Below are positions 11,401 through 25,199 of a stretch of DNA of 64,000 bases, one piece after another. The stretch's first letter is position 1; every line of letters starts with the position of its first letter. The notes beneath the pieces were generated by a model. That model made no database searches. It was not told where the DNA came from and saw nothing but the letters and a program-made list of their open reading frames with translations. The DNA is from Harriotta raleighana (taxonomy: Eukaryota): positions 2,906,113-2,970,112 of the forward strand of contig JBNZDD010013718.1 of NCBI GenBank assembly GCA_050575255.1, in the 5' to 3' direction. The translations under genes and the position numbers were made by a program.

Positions 11401-12574
11401 CTGTGTCCACTTGCTATGTATTAATCTTTCATCAATAATTTGTAAAATTAACTGTTAATAAAGGCTGTGGGCTATTCAAACTGATTACCACAGCCATGAT
11501 CTGCTCTCTACATCCTGTTAATTTAATTACACTATAAGAATTGGATAAAGAAAAATGAGGTGATTTGGCATACATTTTCATTTGCAGATATCCTTGCAGT
11601 GTTTACCTTGTAGAGACTGGATGATTATGCTATGTGTGCTATCAATGCTCTATTTTACTATTCCTTCCAGAGAGGAAAACAAACTACAGGCACCTCTATA
11701 TTTGTTAGAAAAAAATAGACTACTTGTTGTTTCCTGGATGTCAACTATTCAGACGTTTCTGCGGAGGGAGTAAATTGATCAAGACGGGCAATAGATAAGC
11801 TGGTTCAGTACCAGTCTATGCAATGGAAAAGGTGAGAGATGAAACAGACAGTAGGTAGAATCTGATAATAAGACTGAAACAGATGGGACATAATGCATAC
11901 TGTTGGTGTTTCATCTTATCTCTGTCTCTGTCTCTCAATTTATTTACCTTATTGAGCTATTCAGTGAATACATCAAGGCTTTACAAAAGATAAATTAACA
12001 TTTGCAAGCTTTTTACAACTGTGAAAGCCTCAGAGTTGATTTAAGAACAGTGTGTGTGCAAATAGCTAACCTTCCTGAATTCATGACAATTGTAGCTTTT
12101 CCCCACCCCCACCTCCAATTCATGACACGACAGCCCTGAGTAACCTGACATTTCTGTGACAACCTGGTAAAGAGCTGTTCTCTTGAAACAACAGATGAAG
12201 ATAATTGTGTCTGTGTTATAACACTGAGATGAGTATTAAAGATATCTATTAGACCAAAGGTGAGGAAGGTTAAAAAGGTTTTCAGAACCATTTATGGGCT
12301 GTGAGGAGCTGTTACAATGTTCAACATTTAAGGAGTTGAAAACTGTATTAAATAGTCCTTAAGTGCCAGGGTCATTACATTTTATGACTTGTAAATGTTC
12401 TGGTATTTACCACATGCACCGCTTTGGGTTCTTGTAACCATGGTGATACAAGTCAATTTATCTGAGCTAGAAAACAAATGGCAGCTTTTGGAAGAGAGGT
12501 GATAAATGGAAAGTTCCAGCCACTGTGTGATGAGTGGCACATCGCTGGCTACTTTGCTCATGGAGCTCATAAAC

Positions 12575-13375
12575 TTTGCTCATCAACAGCCATGAAGAGA
12601 AAGACCAATTTTATTTTGAGGGATTTGTTGGCCAGGACAATGGGATAATCTCCTCTCTCTTTTCAAATAGTCCCAGGGGATCTTTAACATCCGCCTGATC
12701 AGGCAGACATGTTCTCAATTTACATAAGAGCATAAGAACATAAGAATAAGTAAAAGGAGTAGGCCATTCGGTCCCTCAAGCTACCCCGCCATTCAATAAG
12801 ATCATGTCTGATCTTCTAATCTAACTCCATCTGCCCGCTTTATCCCCATATCCCTTAATCCCTCTATCCATAAGAAATCTATCAATCTCAGTCTTGAATA
12901 TGTTCAAAGACTGAGCATCTACAGCCTTTTCAGGTAGACAATTCCATAAATTCACTACCCTCTAAGTGAACAAGTGTTTCCTCAACTCTGTTCGAAAAGG
13001 CTGACTCCTAATCTTAAAACTGTGACCCCTAGTTATAGTTTCTCCAACCAGGGGAAACAGACTCCCATTCTCTATTCTGTCATGCCCTTTAAGAATCTTA
13101 TAGGTTTCTAAAAGATCACCTCTAATTCTTCTATATTCTAGAAAATATAGGCCTAGTTTACTCAACCTATCTTCATAGGTCAACCCCCTCATCCCAGGAA
13201 GCAACCTAGTGAATCTATGCTGGACCCTGTCTCATCCAAAAGACAGCACGTGCAACAGTACAGCACTCCTCCCCCCAACCCCCAGCACTGCATTGGAGTG
13301 TCATTTTATACTATGTGACATAGGACTTGAACCCACAATCTTCTGACTCAGAGGCGAGACTGTGCCAGGCTGATG
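12575..13375 (-). mobile_element. DeuSINE split by a nested CR1 (SINE parts about 12575-12721 and 13228-13375)
   Basis: gggatctttaacatcc...aattta resumes at tgtctcatccaaaagacagcac...ggacttgaacccacaatcttctgactcagaggcgag. Confidence 0.8.
12722..13227 (-). mobile_element. CR1 LINE 3' end
   Basis: LPGMRGLTYEDRLSKLGLYFLEYRRIRGDLLETYKILKG...TRGHSFKI; cataagaa tail repeats. Confidence 0.95.
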
Positions 13376-14684
13376 AATATTCTTGACATTGTGCCTAGCA
13401 TCAATGGGGTGAGGAGAAGAAAATTATGCTGTGAAACAGTCTGGAGATTGGGAATCAGGTCGAAAAGTTATTTACCTTCCTACCAGAAGATAAATCATAT
13501 TCAGGTGGTGTTGGTGGCAACCAGCAAGTCTGATGCAGAAATAATAGACATGTTGAATTATCAGAGATAGTGTACGGCTGAAAAGCATTCGAGGCAAAGT
13601 AGAAAGTGGCATATTTGCACTGCCCCAGACAGCATTTGTAGCAGCGAGGAAGGAGCTGAGAGCTATGCTGTGAGGTTGTTCAATAGATTCATTATTACTA
13701 TCTTTTTGATGCCATTGTCCTTCGCTGTAAATTGGGGCCTTGAAAGAGAAAGAAAAGTCTTTGGAGCAGGTTTTGGTTTTCTGCTATGTAGATCATGGTG
13801 CCAGAAGCCCATTCCTCAATGATGAGAAAGAAATTTAAATGAAAGTACTGCTCACTGCTGACTATGAATATTAACTTTTCGAGCGGGAGCTGCAGGGTTT
13901 GACCCAGGACCAGTCGATATCATATTAATTTTCAGGTATTGCAGTGCTGTGACCATCATCGGCATTTTGCATTATTGTCAGTGTAGCGGAGAGTGCAACA
14001 ACATGAAGTGACAGTGGTGGGACCCAGTTTTTGACCTTTTGAAATGCTACATTATAAGGTTCTTATTTTTTGCAAATACGCATTGCATCAAATGAATCCG
14101 AATTTGTAGTCTGAAAAATAATTCCAACCTAGATTTTTTCCGCTGAATCAATATGAGATTGTACCTGCTGTAGTCTGCTTCATAGATCACTGCAGGTCTA
14201 CTGAATGCATTACTTCTTCATCGTATTGATAATAAAATAGATTAGCATTGAATGCATTGAGAGTCATTGTATCACAATAATTATTCCGATAATGAGCCAC
14301 TCATTGTGATTTGACTACGATGTCTCCATTGCCACTTGCTTCTATTGCCTCTAATGCCACCTTCTCTTCCATCTCCAATGCCACCTTCTGCCAGCAGAAA
14401 ACAATTAGCACTAAATATAATAAAATAATATCAGAATATTGCCCATATACTCCTCTAACTCATCAACAAGGCCACTGAAACCCCTCACGGCCAATTTAGA
14501 TATCTGAGGCCTCGGTTGCCTCCTCTATATGTACTAGACTTTTCAAGTACATATATGAAGTGTTATTTGAAGGGTGTTTCACAATTGCCTTGAAATCTTT
14601 GATGTAATAGAGGTTAGGTTTACCAAACTTTTCACTAAGTTTCAATTATGGGATATACTTTATTCCATTAGCTCGATGTGTAAA

Positions 14685-14845
14685 TAATAATAATCTTTGC
14701 ATTTGACATAGAGCCTTATCATGTATTCAAGACGTCTCAAAGTGCATCATAGAATATACTGTAAAATTAATTAACTATATATTTTGTGGGCAAAGCTGAC
14801 AGCTAATTGGGCAGAGCAATGTCCCACAAACAATCATGGAATTAA
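14685..14845 (-). mobile_element. DeuSINE fragment
   Basis: aataatctttgcatttgac...gtcccacaaacaatcatgg. Confidence 0.8.
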
Positions 14846-15119
14846 TCTTAAATTAGAAATAAAATCAGGAAGAAAAAGTTATTTTTAAAAAGTTTGTTAC
14901 AACTTCTAAGAAAAAACAGCTTTGCTTAAGCAATTTTGCTGATGAAACTCAATTAACAATTAAGAAAGAATTAAGATGTTTGTTTATTCATCCATTCTGT
15001 TGAACAAGTTCAAACTGCTTGTGACATGCATAATCACTTTTAGTTTCACAAAAGCCATTTTTAATCTTAAATCTTAAAAATTGTGTTTGTAAAACATAGT
15101 GAAATAAAGATGATTATGA

Positions 15120-15375
15120 GTAATAATCCCTGCATTTGATATAAATCAAACCTCATCAATGTAATTGAAATGTCTAAAAGCGTTTCACAGGATTTTTTGT
15201 ATAGTGACTGTATTTATAAGCAAACACAGCAGTCAATTTGCCAACACAATAATGTCTGACAAACAACCATGAAATCAATGGTTTTATCTGGAGGATTGTG
15301 GATCAAGACACTGAGAGAAATTCCCTTCTCCTTTCCAGTCGTGCCATGGGATCCTTAACATCCACCTGATCCGAT
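15120..15375 (-). mobile_element. DeuSINE fragment
   Basis: tail plus gtgccatgggatccttaacatccacctg. Confidence 0.75.
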
Positions 15376-17864
15376 TGTAAAAGTACCTAATAAATTGTTT
15401 GTACACTGCATAACGATTCTTTTCATGAAACAACTTCATTGAAGGTTATTGTCACGTGATTAAATACTGATAGAATCTTGCTGTACATTTTGATGTAAGA
15501 TGTGCTTTAATAGTGATTGTCATTTAATTAATGGTAGCTCATCACAAGAAGCATTTTTTCTGCTGAGTTAAGCAGCAGGAGTCTGTTAATGTATTCCTTA
15601 AATCAATAAGGATAGTCCCTGTTGTATTAAGAGTACTGTGGGGTTATAGGAAGCACACAGCATTAATTGAGATAGTTTCCAGCTTCTGCACATAACACAG
15701 TGCACATGCTCAGTTTCTTTAAATTAAATCAATTACTTTTAAAGTAGCTGTACACTTTTCAAATACTTGTCTGCATTAGACGTGATGCTCAGTGGAACGT
15801 GAACTGGTGGATATGCAGTAGATGTGTCACCGAACAGTATAAAATAGGATATAATTGGTAATCCAGTTATAAAATGCTTGCTTCACAATACCTTTGTAAA
15901 TTTGCATTGCATTGGATAATGCCTCCTACCTGTTTATAATAGTCTTTAGTTATTACAAATCTTTCATTATCAAGAGAATATGCATTGATTAGGTATACCT
16001 AGTATTAATGGTTACAAATATTTAATTTGCACTTCAGCTAGTGTTGCTGACTGTAACCTAAGACAAATGAGTTTAATACTTGCTGCAGGGTACATTATCA
16101 AGTTATATTTTTTCCTGAGATTTATTGTATTTTTCCATTTTTTTTCTTCTTTTGTACCATGAAAGATTTTCAACTGAAAGAAGGTTTTGAATTGAGTGTG
16201 AGATTTGAAGTGTTTTAGCTGTTGAGTGAATACTGAGGGGTGTCTAGAGAATGCAATTTGCACTTGGTCGGGACATTGAGTGGCAGTCTTACATGGATGT
16301 AATGTACTCACTTTCACTGCTGCAAAATATCAATAGTAAAAACTGCGAAAATAAATAATGGATTATATATAATATTCCTTTTACTTTTTGAAAATGATAT
16401 CCCTACAACTCCCGTACGTTTTTCTGCCAGATTATTTGCCTGATGCCAGATGTATATTGTGCCACTGCAGTGTGCAGTCACATACCCATCACTCTTCATT
16501 ACTGATAGCTTTCACTGACTCACCCTCACACAATGTGGCCCATTTCTCATGAACAGAAATAAAAGAATAAAAAAAAGGCCATGTATATATCATACAAAAT
16601 AGCAGCGCACTAAGAGATGGATTGCAGACGTCTGGAAGTCCCTCACTGGTATACAATTCTCTCCCCAAACCAGAATAGACCAAATACACAGCCATTACTT
16701 CAACACAGGCCATCTGTATACGTTTGCTTTGTGCTGTTTTTACAGGAGACAGATTTCTGTGATGTATATGTGAGCAGGTATTTTTTTTAATGCTCTTCTC
16801 GGGTTTGAAACCTCACTGCTTTCTAATGAAACGTTAAACCACTATAATTCAGAACACAATATTTCTTCATGAAAGGTTGTAACACAATCTAGGGAAATCC
16901 ACTTTATAAATTCCTAAAGCACCTCTCTCTGATCAATGAGAAGCTAGCTTGATGTAGGAGCGAATCTTCAAACGCACAGATCTGTGGTGGAGAGCACAGG
17001 TCCCCTATAATGGGAATTGATAGTTCCTAGGCAGTGACTCAAGTCCATTGCTCAATTAGAAACTGCCTCAAAGACAATAGAAACAAAACTGGGAAGTTTT
17101 ACTTAGGGTAAGTTAAAACTTTGGGCTTTTCCTGATCACAAAGAGGTTTGGATTTTAAGGCAAGGACAAGACTTGTCATGAGTAATTAATAATGAAATAT
17201 TGACATCTTTGTGGAATAACAACTTGCATTTGTATAGCACCCTGTATGTTGGGTAGTGTCTGGGATCGCTTAAACAGATTGAACTGGAACAGCAGGAATA
17301 AACTTTTTACAGACACCTTGCTTTGGACATACCATATTGTATGCAGGTTATTGTGGAGGTTAACGTATGGGAGTTATTGTTTTGGTCAGGTTACTGTGGA
17401 GCAGTGTTAATATTCAGAAAGCATCTTTTGAAAACCTTCTTGGAGGTGATGCAAGCAATATCACTCAATTCATGCAGATACCTGTGAAATATTTACTTGA
17501 CAATGCACAGAGATGGTGATGCTTTACATTTTTTTGCTAGGTTGAAGTCTCAAAAACACTCGTTTAAATTATGCAGAGAGCTCTCTCAAATATCCTAAAG
17601 TTCTAAGGCAGGTTCTATTTACGTGAAGGTGATGGGGCTTGCACATTGTGGACCATTTGTACATCTTGTCTAATTTGTTGACTAATCTGATGTTGATTTA
17701 TTTATAATTGCAGATTTAAAAGTGATTTTGGAATGTTATCTTATTTCCAGAAAAACACTATATTGTGCGTATTCATCAACCCATGAGGTTTGCCTCTAAT
17801 TCAAATCGGTTAACAATTACACATTGAAGTTATCAGATGAACCCATATGCATCAAGACCTTAAA

Positions 17865-18062
17865 ATAATAATAATAATCCTTGCATTTGATAATAGCGCT
17901 TTTTTCATCTTCTAGACATCTCAAAGCGCTTCACAGAACATACCTTAAAGTGAACCAACTGTAAAATTGTGGGTAAATCTTGTCTGCCGATTGCGTACAA
18001 TCCCACAACCAGTCTTGGATTGAGTGACCAAATTATCATTGTTCTTTTGGGAGGGATTATTT
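17865..18062 (-). mobile_element. DeuSINE fragment
   Basis: ataataatccttgcatttg...aaagcgcttcacagaa. Confidence 0.8.
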
Positions 18063-18099
18063 TTAAAGTACGATATGTATTACAGTATATATACTTTAT

Positions 18100-18950
18100 G
18101 TTCTTTGGTTTTTAATGAAATTATGAAACACCCATGAAGAACAGACTTTACCTTAACTGCTCTTCAGGATTCTAAACAACTTCAAAGAACAAATCATATG
18201 CAAGAAGTCTCTGATGTCCAACAAACAGATGCTATTTAATTAGTTATTCCATTGTTCTTTATGTAAATTGAACATTTAATACATTTTTCAATGGACTGAA
18301 TCTGACAAAATACCAACACACTTTCCGTTTCTTCTGAATTATTGGGGTTTTACTTTTTGGAAATGATAGATATATAGATCAGAGGTAATAAATCCTCCAT
18401 AGGTGCTAAGGAATGAACAATTGAACTTTTCAATGTTGTGAAGTGGTGATTTAGTGTTGTATTCTGATTTTCTTCAGTTGGCCATTCCTACTCTCTCCTG
18501 AACACATTATTAGCAAAGCACTATTATTTCTTATTGCATTTTGATATACCTTCCCTATTGTTTCAAACGAGGTACTGAAACAGGCATATATTGGTCCACG
18601 GACTTTGTTGTTGGAAGAGACTGAAAGAATGCTTTTGTTGCCTTCTGACCAGCAGTTAATTTTGGGCAAAATGCTTATTGATTAGTTTCTGAGGATAACA
18701 ATGAACTTATTCAACTGTTCCCCCCGCTGTGCGTTTCAAATCGTAATTCCTGCTTCTACGACTGTAAAATTGTTGATAAATATTCCTTTAGCATTGTTCT
18801 TTTGAAGATGTGACTGAGCTTTGATAGCATAGTGATTTTTAAGCAAACGAGCGAAGATAAATTAATTGGAATGAGCTTCTCTGAGAATAGTGGTAGTAAG
18901 CCATTCATCTGCTGTTCTCTATAGGAATGTTCATGTGGTAAGAGCATCAT
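18100..18950 (-). mobile_element. Possible highly decayed Penelope-like RT relic
   Basis: QMNGLLP...IP...LSKL resembles the MYGLPK.HK..IP motif; NVQFT...LDI resembles IQFT.E....FLD; frames are broken. Confidence 0.3.
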
Positions 18951-21289
18951 TCTCTAGATTTCTCTAGATGCCTGTTTCCTGAGGCAGTGAAACCAGAAAA
19001 TACACAAGCTCAATGGAAATACTTTTTAGTGCCTTGGGTCATCCTCCTGACGTGAAATGTGCTCTATAAATGTAATTTTGTTTGTTTCTTTATTTCGGGG
19101 GTGAAATGTTAAAAATGATGCAATTATCTCAGCTGTAACAAGTAGATTAAGACATTGCACTAGTATAAACAGTCAAGAGTGTTTGTTGTTACAGCACTGG
19201 TTATTTTATGATCAGAGTATTTAGTAGGGTAATGGGTTAAATCATGCCTCTGAGGAACAGAGATGTCAACCGGTGTAATAGTTGTTGAGCGAAGTTGCAT
19301 CGTGAAGGCACTTTCTCCTAAGATTGATGTTGAGCTAAGATTGTTGGAGTGGAATCCCATTACTGCTGTGCCACACAAGAGTTAATGCTTGAATCATCAC
19401 TGAATGTACAACATAAAAAGTCCTCTTATTCTCCAACACTGTTCTATTAACTAATGAACATTCCTCTGAAAAGAAAGATTTATTAGGTACTACCAGCGAC
19501 TAATGGCAGATAAACATTAAAGAAAACACATATAAATAAAAATGGGTATCTTAAGAAACTGCTTGGTTTCTCCTTCTCTATTGAAGAAAATGTCTGCTTT
19601 CTTGCGTCCTGATTATATCGGAGGGCAATTCTGACAAAAACATTCAACTCTGAGAAAAGAAATGTTTTATGATGAGATTCTATAACAAGGATACTGAGTC
19701 ACAAAAGGAGATTTCTTATTATCATCAAATGTATGTCACTCCGACTCACAGGAACTCCATTCCAATACGATAAACTATCCTCATTTGGTCTGTTATTTCC
19801 ACTGATCATAGAATAAAACAATCTGATGGGTCCAGGTTGAGCTAGAGATTACTGTTTTTTGGGCCAAACCAATAATTATGTCCGGACAAACCAGTGAGTC
19901 TTCCACATAGAATCATAAATATTTACAGCAAAGAAGAAAGCAATTTGACCCATCATATCTGTGCCAGCTCAAGTACAATCCTATGTTAAAGAGTTTGAAT
20001 TCACCAGACCCGATTTGTCAAATATTCTAGTGTTAACCCTGCCTACTACTGGTGGTCTGCTGTATCAATAATTATGGATAGCAAGATTTCCAGTAACAAA
20101 TTCGGTGTGACATTTAACTGTTTTCTATCTGTTGTAGATTTGAATGATATGACTTCCGTGTGTATTGTGTTTCTTCCCACCACCACCCCCAAAGTCACAT
20201 TTATTTAGTGCTTTTGCTCACAGAATTTCCGCCTTGAGCCTCGTTATGTGAAATCAAAATATGCTGGTGAAAGTCTTAATGAAATTTAAATTAAATGCCA
20301 TATATTTGACATGGACATTCCTAATAATCAACTTCAAATTATTTCAGAACGAAGCTTGGAGCAATAAATCATTATCACAAATTCTTTTGTATAAATGTCA
20401 TCCATGACCAGCTCAAAAAAGTGACAAAATGCAGGCTAACTCTTCACCCCCGCACATGCAAAATTAAACATATATTATAAATAATAACAGATACTTGGGA
20501 GTGATTACCAGATTGCAATTTAATCGGTAGAGGGTGGTTCAGGTGGTTAGAGGTTCTTTCTCATGATGATTTATTAGATCATTTCAAACCTCAATTAGAT
20601 TCCAGCATTATAATCACTTCCCGGTATTGATTATTTTGTACTCAACATGTATACAGAGAAGCAGCTGCTTTTATATATTATTTTCAAAAGTCAAATCATT
20701 AATGTTTGGCTCAGTTACCAAGGGCAGTTTCTTTATCACATGCTGTTTTATGGTGAATAAAGTAACAAAAACTTTCAAATTGGGATTGTCGGTTAGCGCA
20801 AGGGGATGTTTTATTATACATCTTGCAAATGTAATTTAAGAATGGTTGTAAATGATGAATAACAGCATTGAGATAGTGCAANGAAGGGTTAGAAGATCCA
20901 CCTGACTAGAACTGGCAACAAATTCCTTCACGGACAAACAGTTTTCTCTGTTGCCTAAAAAATGGATGGAAGATAAATGCTGCTTCACTGTATATCATAC
21001 AATAAGTCTTTAATACGGAATCTGATGCATTAAATGTTTGTCTAAACCAAGGTGCTCATTTAGTCATGTGTTCTAGATGACAGGAAGTCTTAACTACAGT
21101 AGCTACTGTCTGAAACAATATTATTTTCAGCCTGAGGAAGAGTTCAATGTATGGAGTTTTGCCAGTTTAAACTCATATCTTGTGAAAGCTGCCTTACCAG
21201 GGGTGTCGCCCTTCAGATGAGATAATAAACCAAGATTTAGTGGGATGTTAAAGATCCTGCAACATATAGTCGTAAAAGAGAAGGGATTT

Positions 21290-21700
21290 CTCCTGAAGTC
21301 CTGGCCAACAATCCTCCAGGTACCATTGGTCAAACATTCATGGCTCTTTGCGCGGCATAGCTGTTTATCGTTTTTATACTGTCTGTCTTCTCCCAGCTCT
21401 CCAGCTTGCCTCTTCCTTCCCCATTTTCAGGTTCTGCCTGAAGAATTTCCTCTTCGACCATGACTACAGTTATCTCCTCCCACCCCTCTGTTCAGCGTCA
21501 CATAGAGAATACAGTTCAAAATCCTGGTCCTCACCTTCAAAGTCCTCTATGGCCCAGAGCGCTTGACAGTGGCTGAGCATGACTCAGAGCTGCCAGGAGG
21601 GGAATGGTGACTATAGGCATAGTCATACAGAAAAACCGTGAAGCATTTTGAGATGTTCTCCATGTTAGAAGCACTACATCAAATGCAAAGAATATGGTTA
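21290..21700 (+). mobile_element. Mosaic of L2 LINE and SINE fragments
   Basis: agaatacagttcaaaatcctggtcctcaccttcaaagtcctctatggc = RIQFKILVLTFKVLYG. Confidence 0.65.
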
Positions 21701-21799
21701 AGCACAGCAGTGAAACGTGATCCAGAAATTATTTATAACAGGGTTAAGATTCATCAAGAGGATCATTAATAAATATTTGTACTGAAAAACTTATTTTCT

Positions 21800-21980
21800 T
21801 GTAATGAGCAGAATAACCAGAGGACATGACCTGCAATTGAAGGAGAGTAAATTCTGAATAAATCTGCGAAGACACTATTTCAGTGAGCGAGGGGTAAACA
21901 TATGGAACAGGATCCCTGGGAAATGGTGGAAGCAGAAAGTGTTGTTTCTTTCAAGAACAAATTAGATAGATTCCTGCTCA
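21800..21980 (+). mobile_element. CR1 3' fragment interrupted by a SINE; resumes about 22366-22422
   Basis: TRGHDLQL...LRRHYFSERGVNIWNRIP...FKNKLDRFL; tail ctcttatgttctta. Confidence 0.8.
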
Positions 21981-21983
21981 TGT

Positions 21984-22365
21984 GGAGTCCTGTAGTTCAG
22001 TGGTTAGAACTACAGGTCTTACTTATTTTCTTATTGCTTTCCAACTTCATCAGGAGCTGCTGTTATTTCTAATGCCTTACAAGCAAGAGACCTGTGTTCA
22101 AATCCAGGCAGTTCAGGGCGAAACCTTGGGCAAGTTTCTTTACTCTACACACCTAATAATATCCCTCCAAAAAAACAACACAATAATAAAATTGGTCATT
22201 TCAATCCACGACTGTTTGTGGGACACTGTTGTGTGCAATTGGCTCCCGCGTTTCACCCACAAATATATAGTCAAATCACTTTACATTATATTCTGTAAAG
22301 CGCTTTGAGGCGTCTGTCTAGAAGACATGAAAAGCACTATTATCAAATGCAAGGATTAATAATAC
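21984..22365 (+). mobile_element. Full-length tRNA-head SINE (same family as 761-1108) with a 59-bp insertion in its head
   Basis: tagttcagtgg A box, gttcaaatcc B box, ccttgggcaagttt, Deu part, tail. Confidence 0.88.
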
Positions 22366-25199
22366 CTTGGGATATAGTATATAGTTTGGTTTCTTTCATC
22401 CTACAAACTCTTATGTTCTTATAATGGAATGAACTGATCAATTACACTGAATGCAAAATAATGATTTTGAAACATTTATTTTGTAGTGATTAGAAGTAAG
22501 GTACATTTTAAAATCAATTAAAAGATGGTCACAATAATACAATGCAGACTGAATTGCTGCTTTGGTCCAAAAAGAGTTAATGTGCGTTTTCAAAAGAAAG
22601 AGATTTCCAAGTCTACTGTGACTGACACAAAAAGTAATTCCACAGTTTCAGGAAACTAGTTCCTGTTTACTGAATCACTGGCAAAAACATTCCTAAGCTG
22701 AACGATTGTGGAGAAACAGCTTGCTCAGACTGTCAATAGCTCTTAGAAATAACAGCAGCTTCTGATGAAGTTGGAAAGCAACAGGAAAATAAGTCAAACC
22801 TATTATAAAACAGTTGTCCAAGAAATCAAGCACGGAAAGAAAAATCAATAAGCTGTGAAGGTTGAACCTATTCTCAAGCTGTTTTCTATTTCACAGTTTA
22901 ATGGCGTTTTAATGTGTCTGTCACTGAGCTCTACATGTCACACAGGTAGGTGATTCAAAGACAGAGAACTTCACTAACATAACCCCACTTTGAAAAGGTT
23001 CATTTCTGTTTAAGACCCAGCATTCTGTCCGGGAGTCATCAATTATTCAAAGGATTGTTTTAATTGTCAGAATCCATAGATGATTAAACGGTTGCTTCAA
23101 TAGTCAGCTATTATACTATAAAATGTAACTTTGATGGAGGTGCGACAATAAATTATGCATTGCTTCAGTTTACTGGATAGTTTACAAGATGTAAAACATG
23201 CAAATATGAATAATTTGTTAACAAAATGCTGCAAATTGAACCATCTATTCCAATTGCAGACAAAAGGAATTTTTCTCTTCACTTTTTATTGTCTAATGCT
23301 CTCACCACGAGAACTCTATTTATTAAACTGATAACCATTTGACCTATTGGGAGCTAATGAAATCCCTCTCTACCCTGAGAATAATATACAGTTCTTCGGT
23401 GTTTCATAGAAAAAGGATTACAAGACATGGCTTATATTTCGAACATTATTCTGTTTACGCAACTTCCAGGAGAGGAAAGGATATGTGAGGTGTAGGCTCA
23501 TCTACGATTATAATGCTGTTATTAGAAAGGTTGCGGTTTACGGAAAAGCTGAAGTCCATTTTAAATTCAAGTGAATTTGGGGGTTGGTGGGGGTGTGAAT
23601 GGGGAGAGTGGAATATGTTGGGTACAGAAAATATGAAGGTTGCTTTTTCAGACTGGCAAAAAAAAACTGATAAGCAATAAATTCATATTTGATTTTCTAC
23701 ATTCTGTTCACTATCTTCATTGCTTCCCCTGTTTGGGCACTTCAGATGAGGAGTGCAGCTAAACATTGAAAATCTAGGACAGTTATATACAGTTTTTGAG
23801 GGGCTCCCTTAGGAGGTTTAAGTGTTGTTCCAGAGTTGTCCTCAAGACTTGAATGTGAAAAATCAATATGCCAGGATTACATCAAACATATGTACATGCT
23901 ACGCCTAAGAGTTTGCATATTGAATTTTGGGAATCTGCACTCTCGCAGTGAGAATTGTAAATGCTTTGATATTTAAACTGCAGCATCTTGCCACTTACTA
24001 CAATCATAATAATAAATGTAACATAGCAGGAGTCAAAATGAAACAGAGGATTACTCCGTTTCCTATCCACTCTTGTGTACACTGAAAGATTCTTGCAATG
24101 AGGTAACATTGACCTTTGGGGCTTTTCGTTGTTTAATCCCTTGTGTGAATCATATGGGAATACAATTCTACATTGATGACATGTTACTACTGTCTCACTC
24201 TTTTAACAGTGTAACTTTGGAATTACCTTTGCCTGTCATTGCCACAGCTTTTTATTTTGAGGCTTTGCATGGTAGGATCGATGTGAGAGAGCGAACATAA
24301 ACTTATAATTCAATGTGAAGAGTTTGCAAGGTATCCACAAACTGCATGATTTGTAGTGATGTTGTGGGCCTCAGTCTTATTGCTCATCCTACCCATATGT
24401 AAGCATACATTTATTGTAAACTCTGTCTAAAGTTATATACTGCACCAGCATTTCAGCCAGTCTATGAGCACCTTAGAGAGTCATCACTTTTATTGTGGTA
24501 TCAAAGAGCAAAAGTTATTAGGCATTGGTGCTCTTGACTATCCCTTCCTGAAGACGATGGACCTCAGAAGGGATTCAGCAGACAGCATTGATACTAAGTG
24601 ATGAATTTTAATCGATTGCATCTTTGGCTATAGGCTGAAAATGTAACTCCTGTGAAGTAGAATCCGTTCATAGCTTAAATACGTGGAATTCAGGGTACAG
24701 GACAGCAGTGGGAAGCTTGTATTTGTAATGGCAAGTTGAGTGGTTTCAACTGGTGAGATGCCACTTGTTCCTCATTGCTGCAAACTGGGGTCTTCAAGCC
24801 TTAAATAATAAGCCTTCAAGAATTAAATATTTTATGGCAATATGTATAAGCCAGATGCGTCCCACTGGGGAGAGGGAGAGAGTGTAATGCTTCATTCCGG
24901 TCATATGGAAGTTTCAATGCATAATTGGAATTCTCTTAAATTTAGATTTAATGTCGCCAGTGTTGGTTTTCTAGGAGGAGAATAGGACACCTGGCCATAT
25001 GATATAATCATAATCCAGCATTTAAAGTCAGGAGGATGTTTCAACAACAACAAAATCAGATTTGCAGAACACCTTTCACTTTGGGAGAATGTCACAAGGC
25101 GCTGAACATTCATGGGTCAGGAAGTGCTTTGCAATTTATAATTTACCGTAAATTGCAGTGATTGTATATACTATAAACAAAATACAGCCAACCTTACTA

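Noticed and set aside
20882-20882. Single N
   Set aside because: No flanking duplication seen; a simple join or ambiguous base
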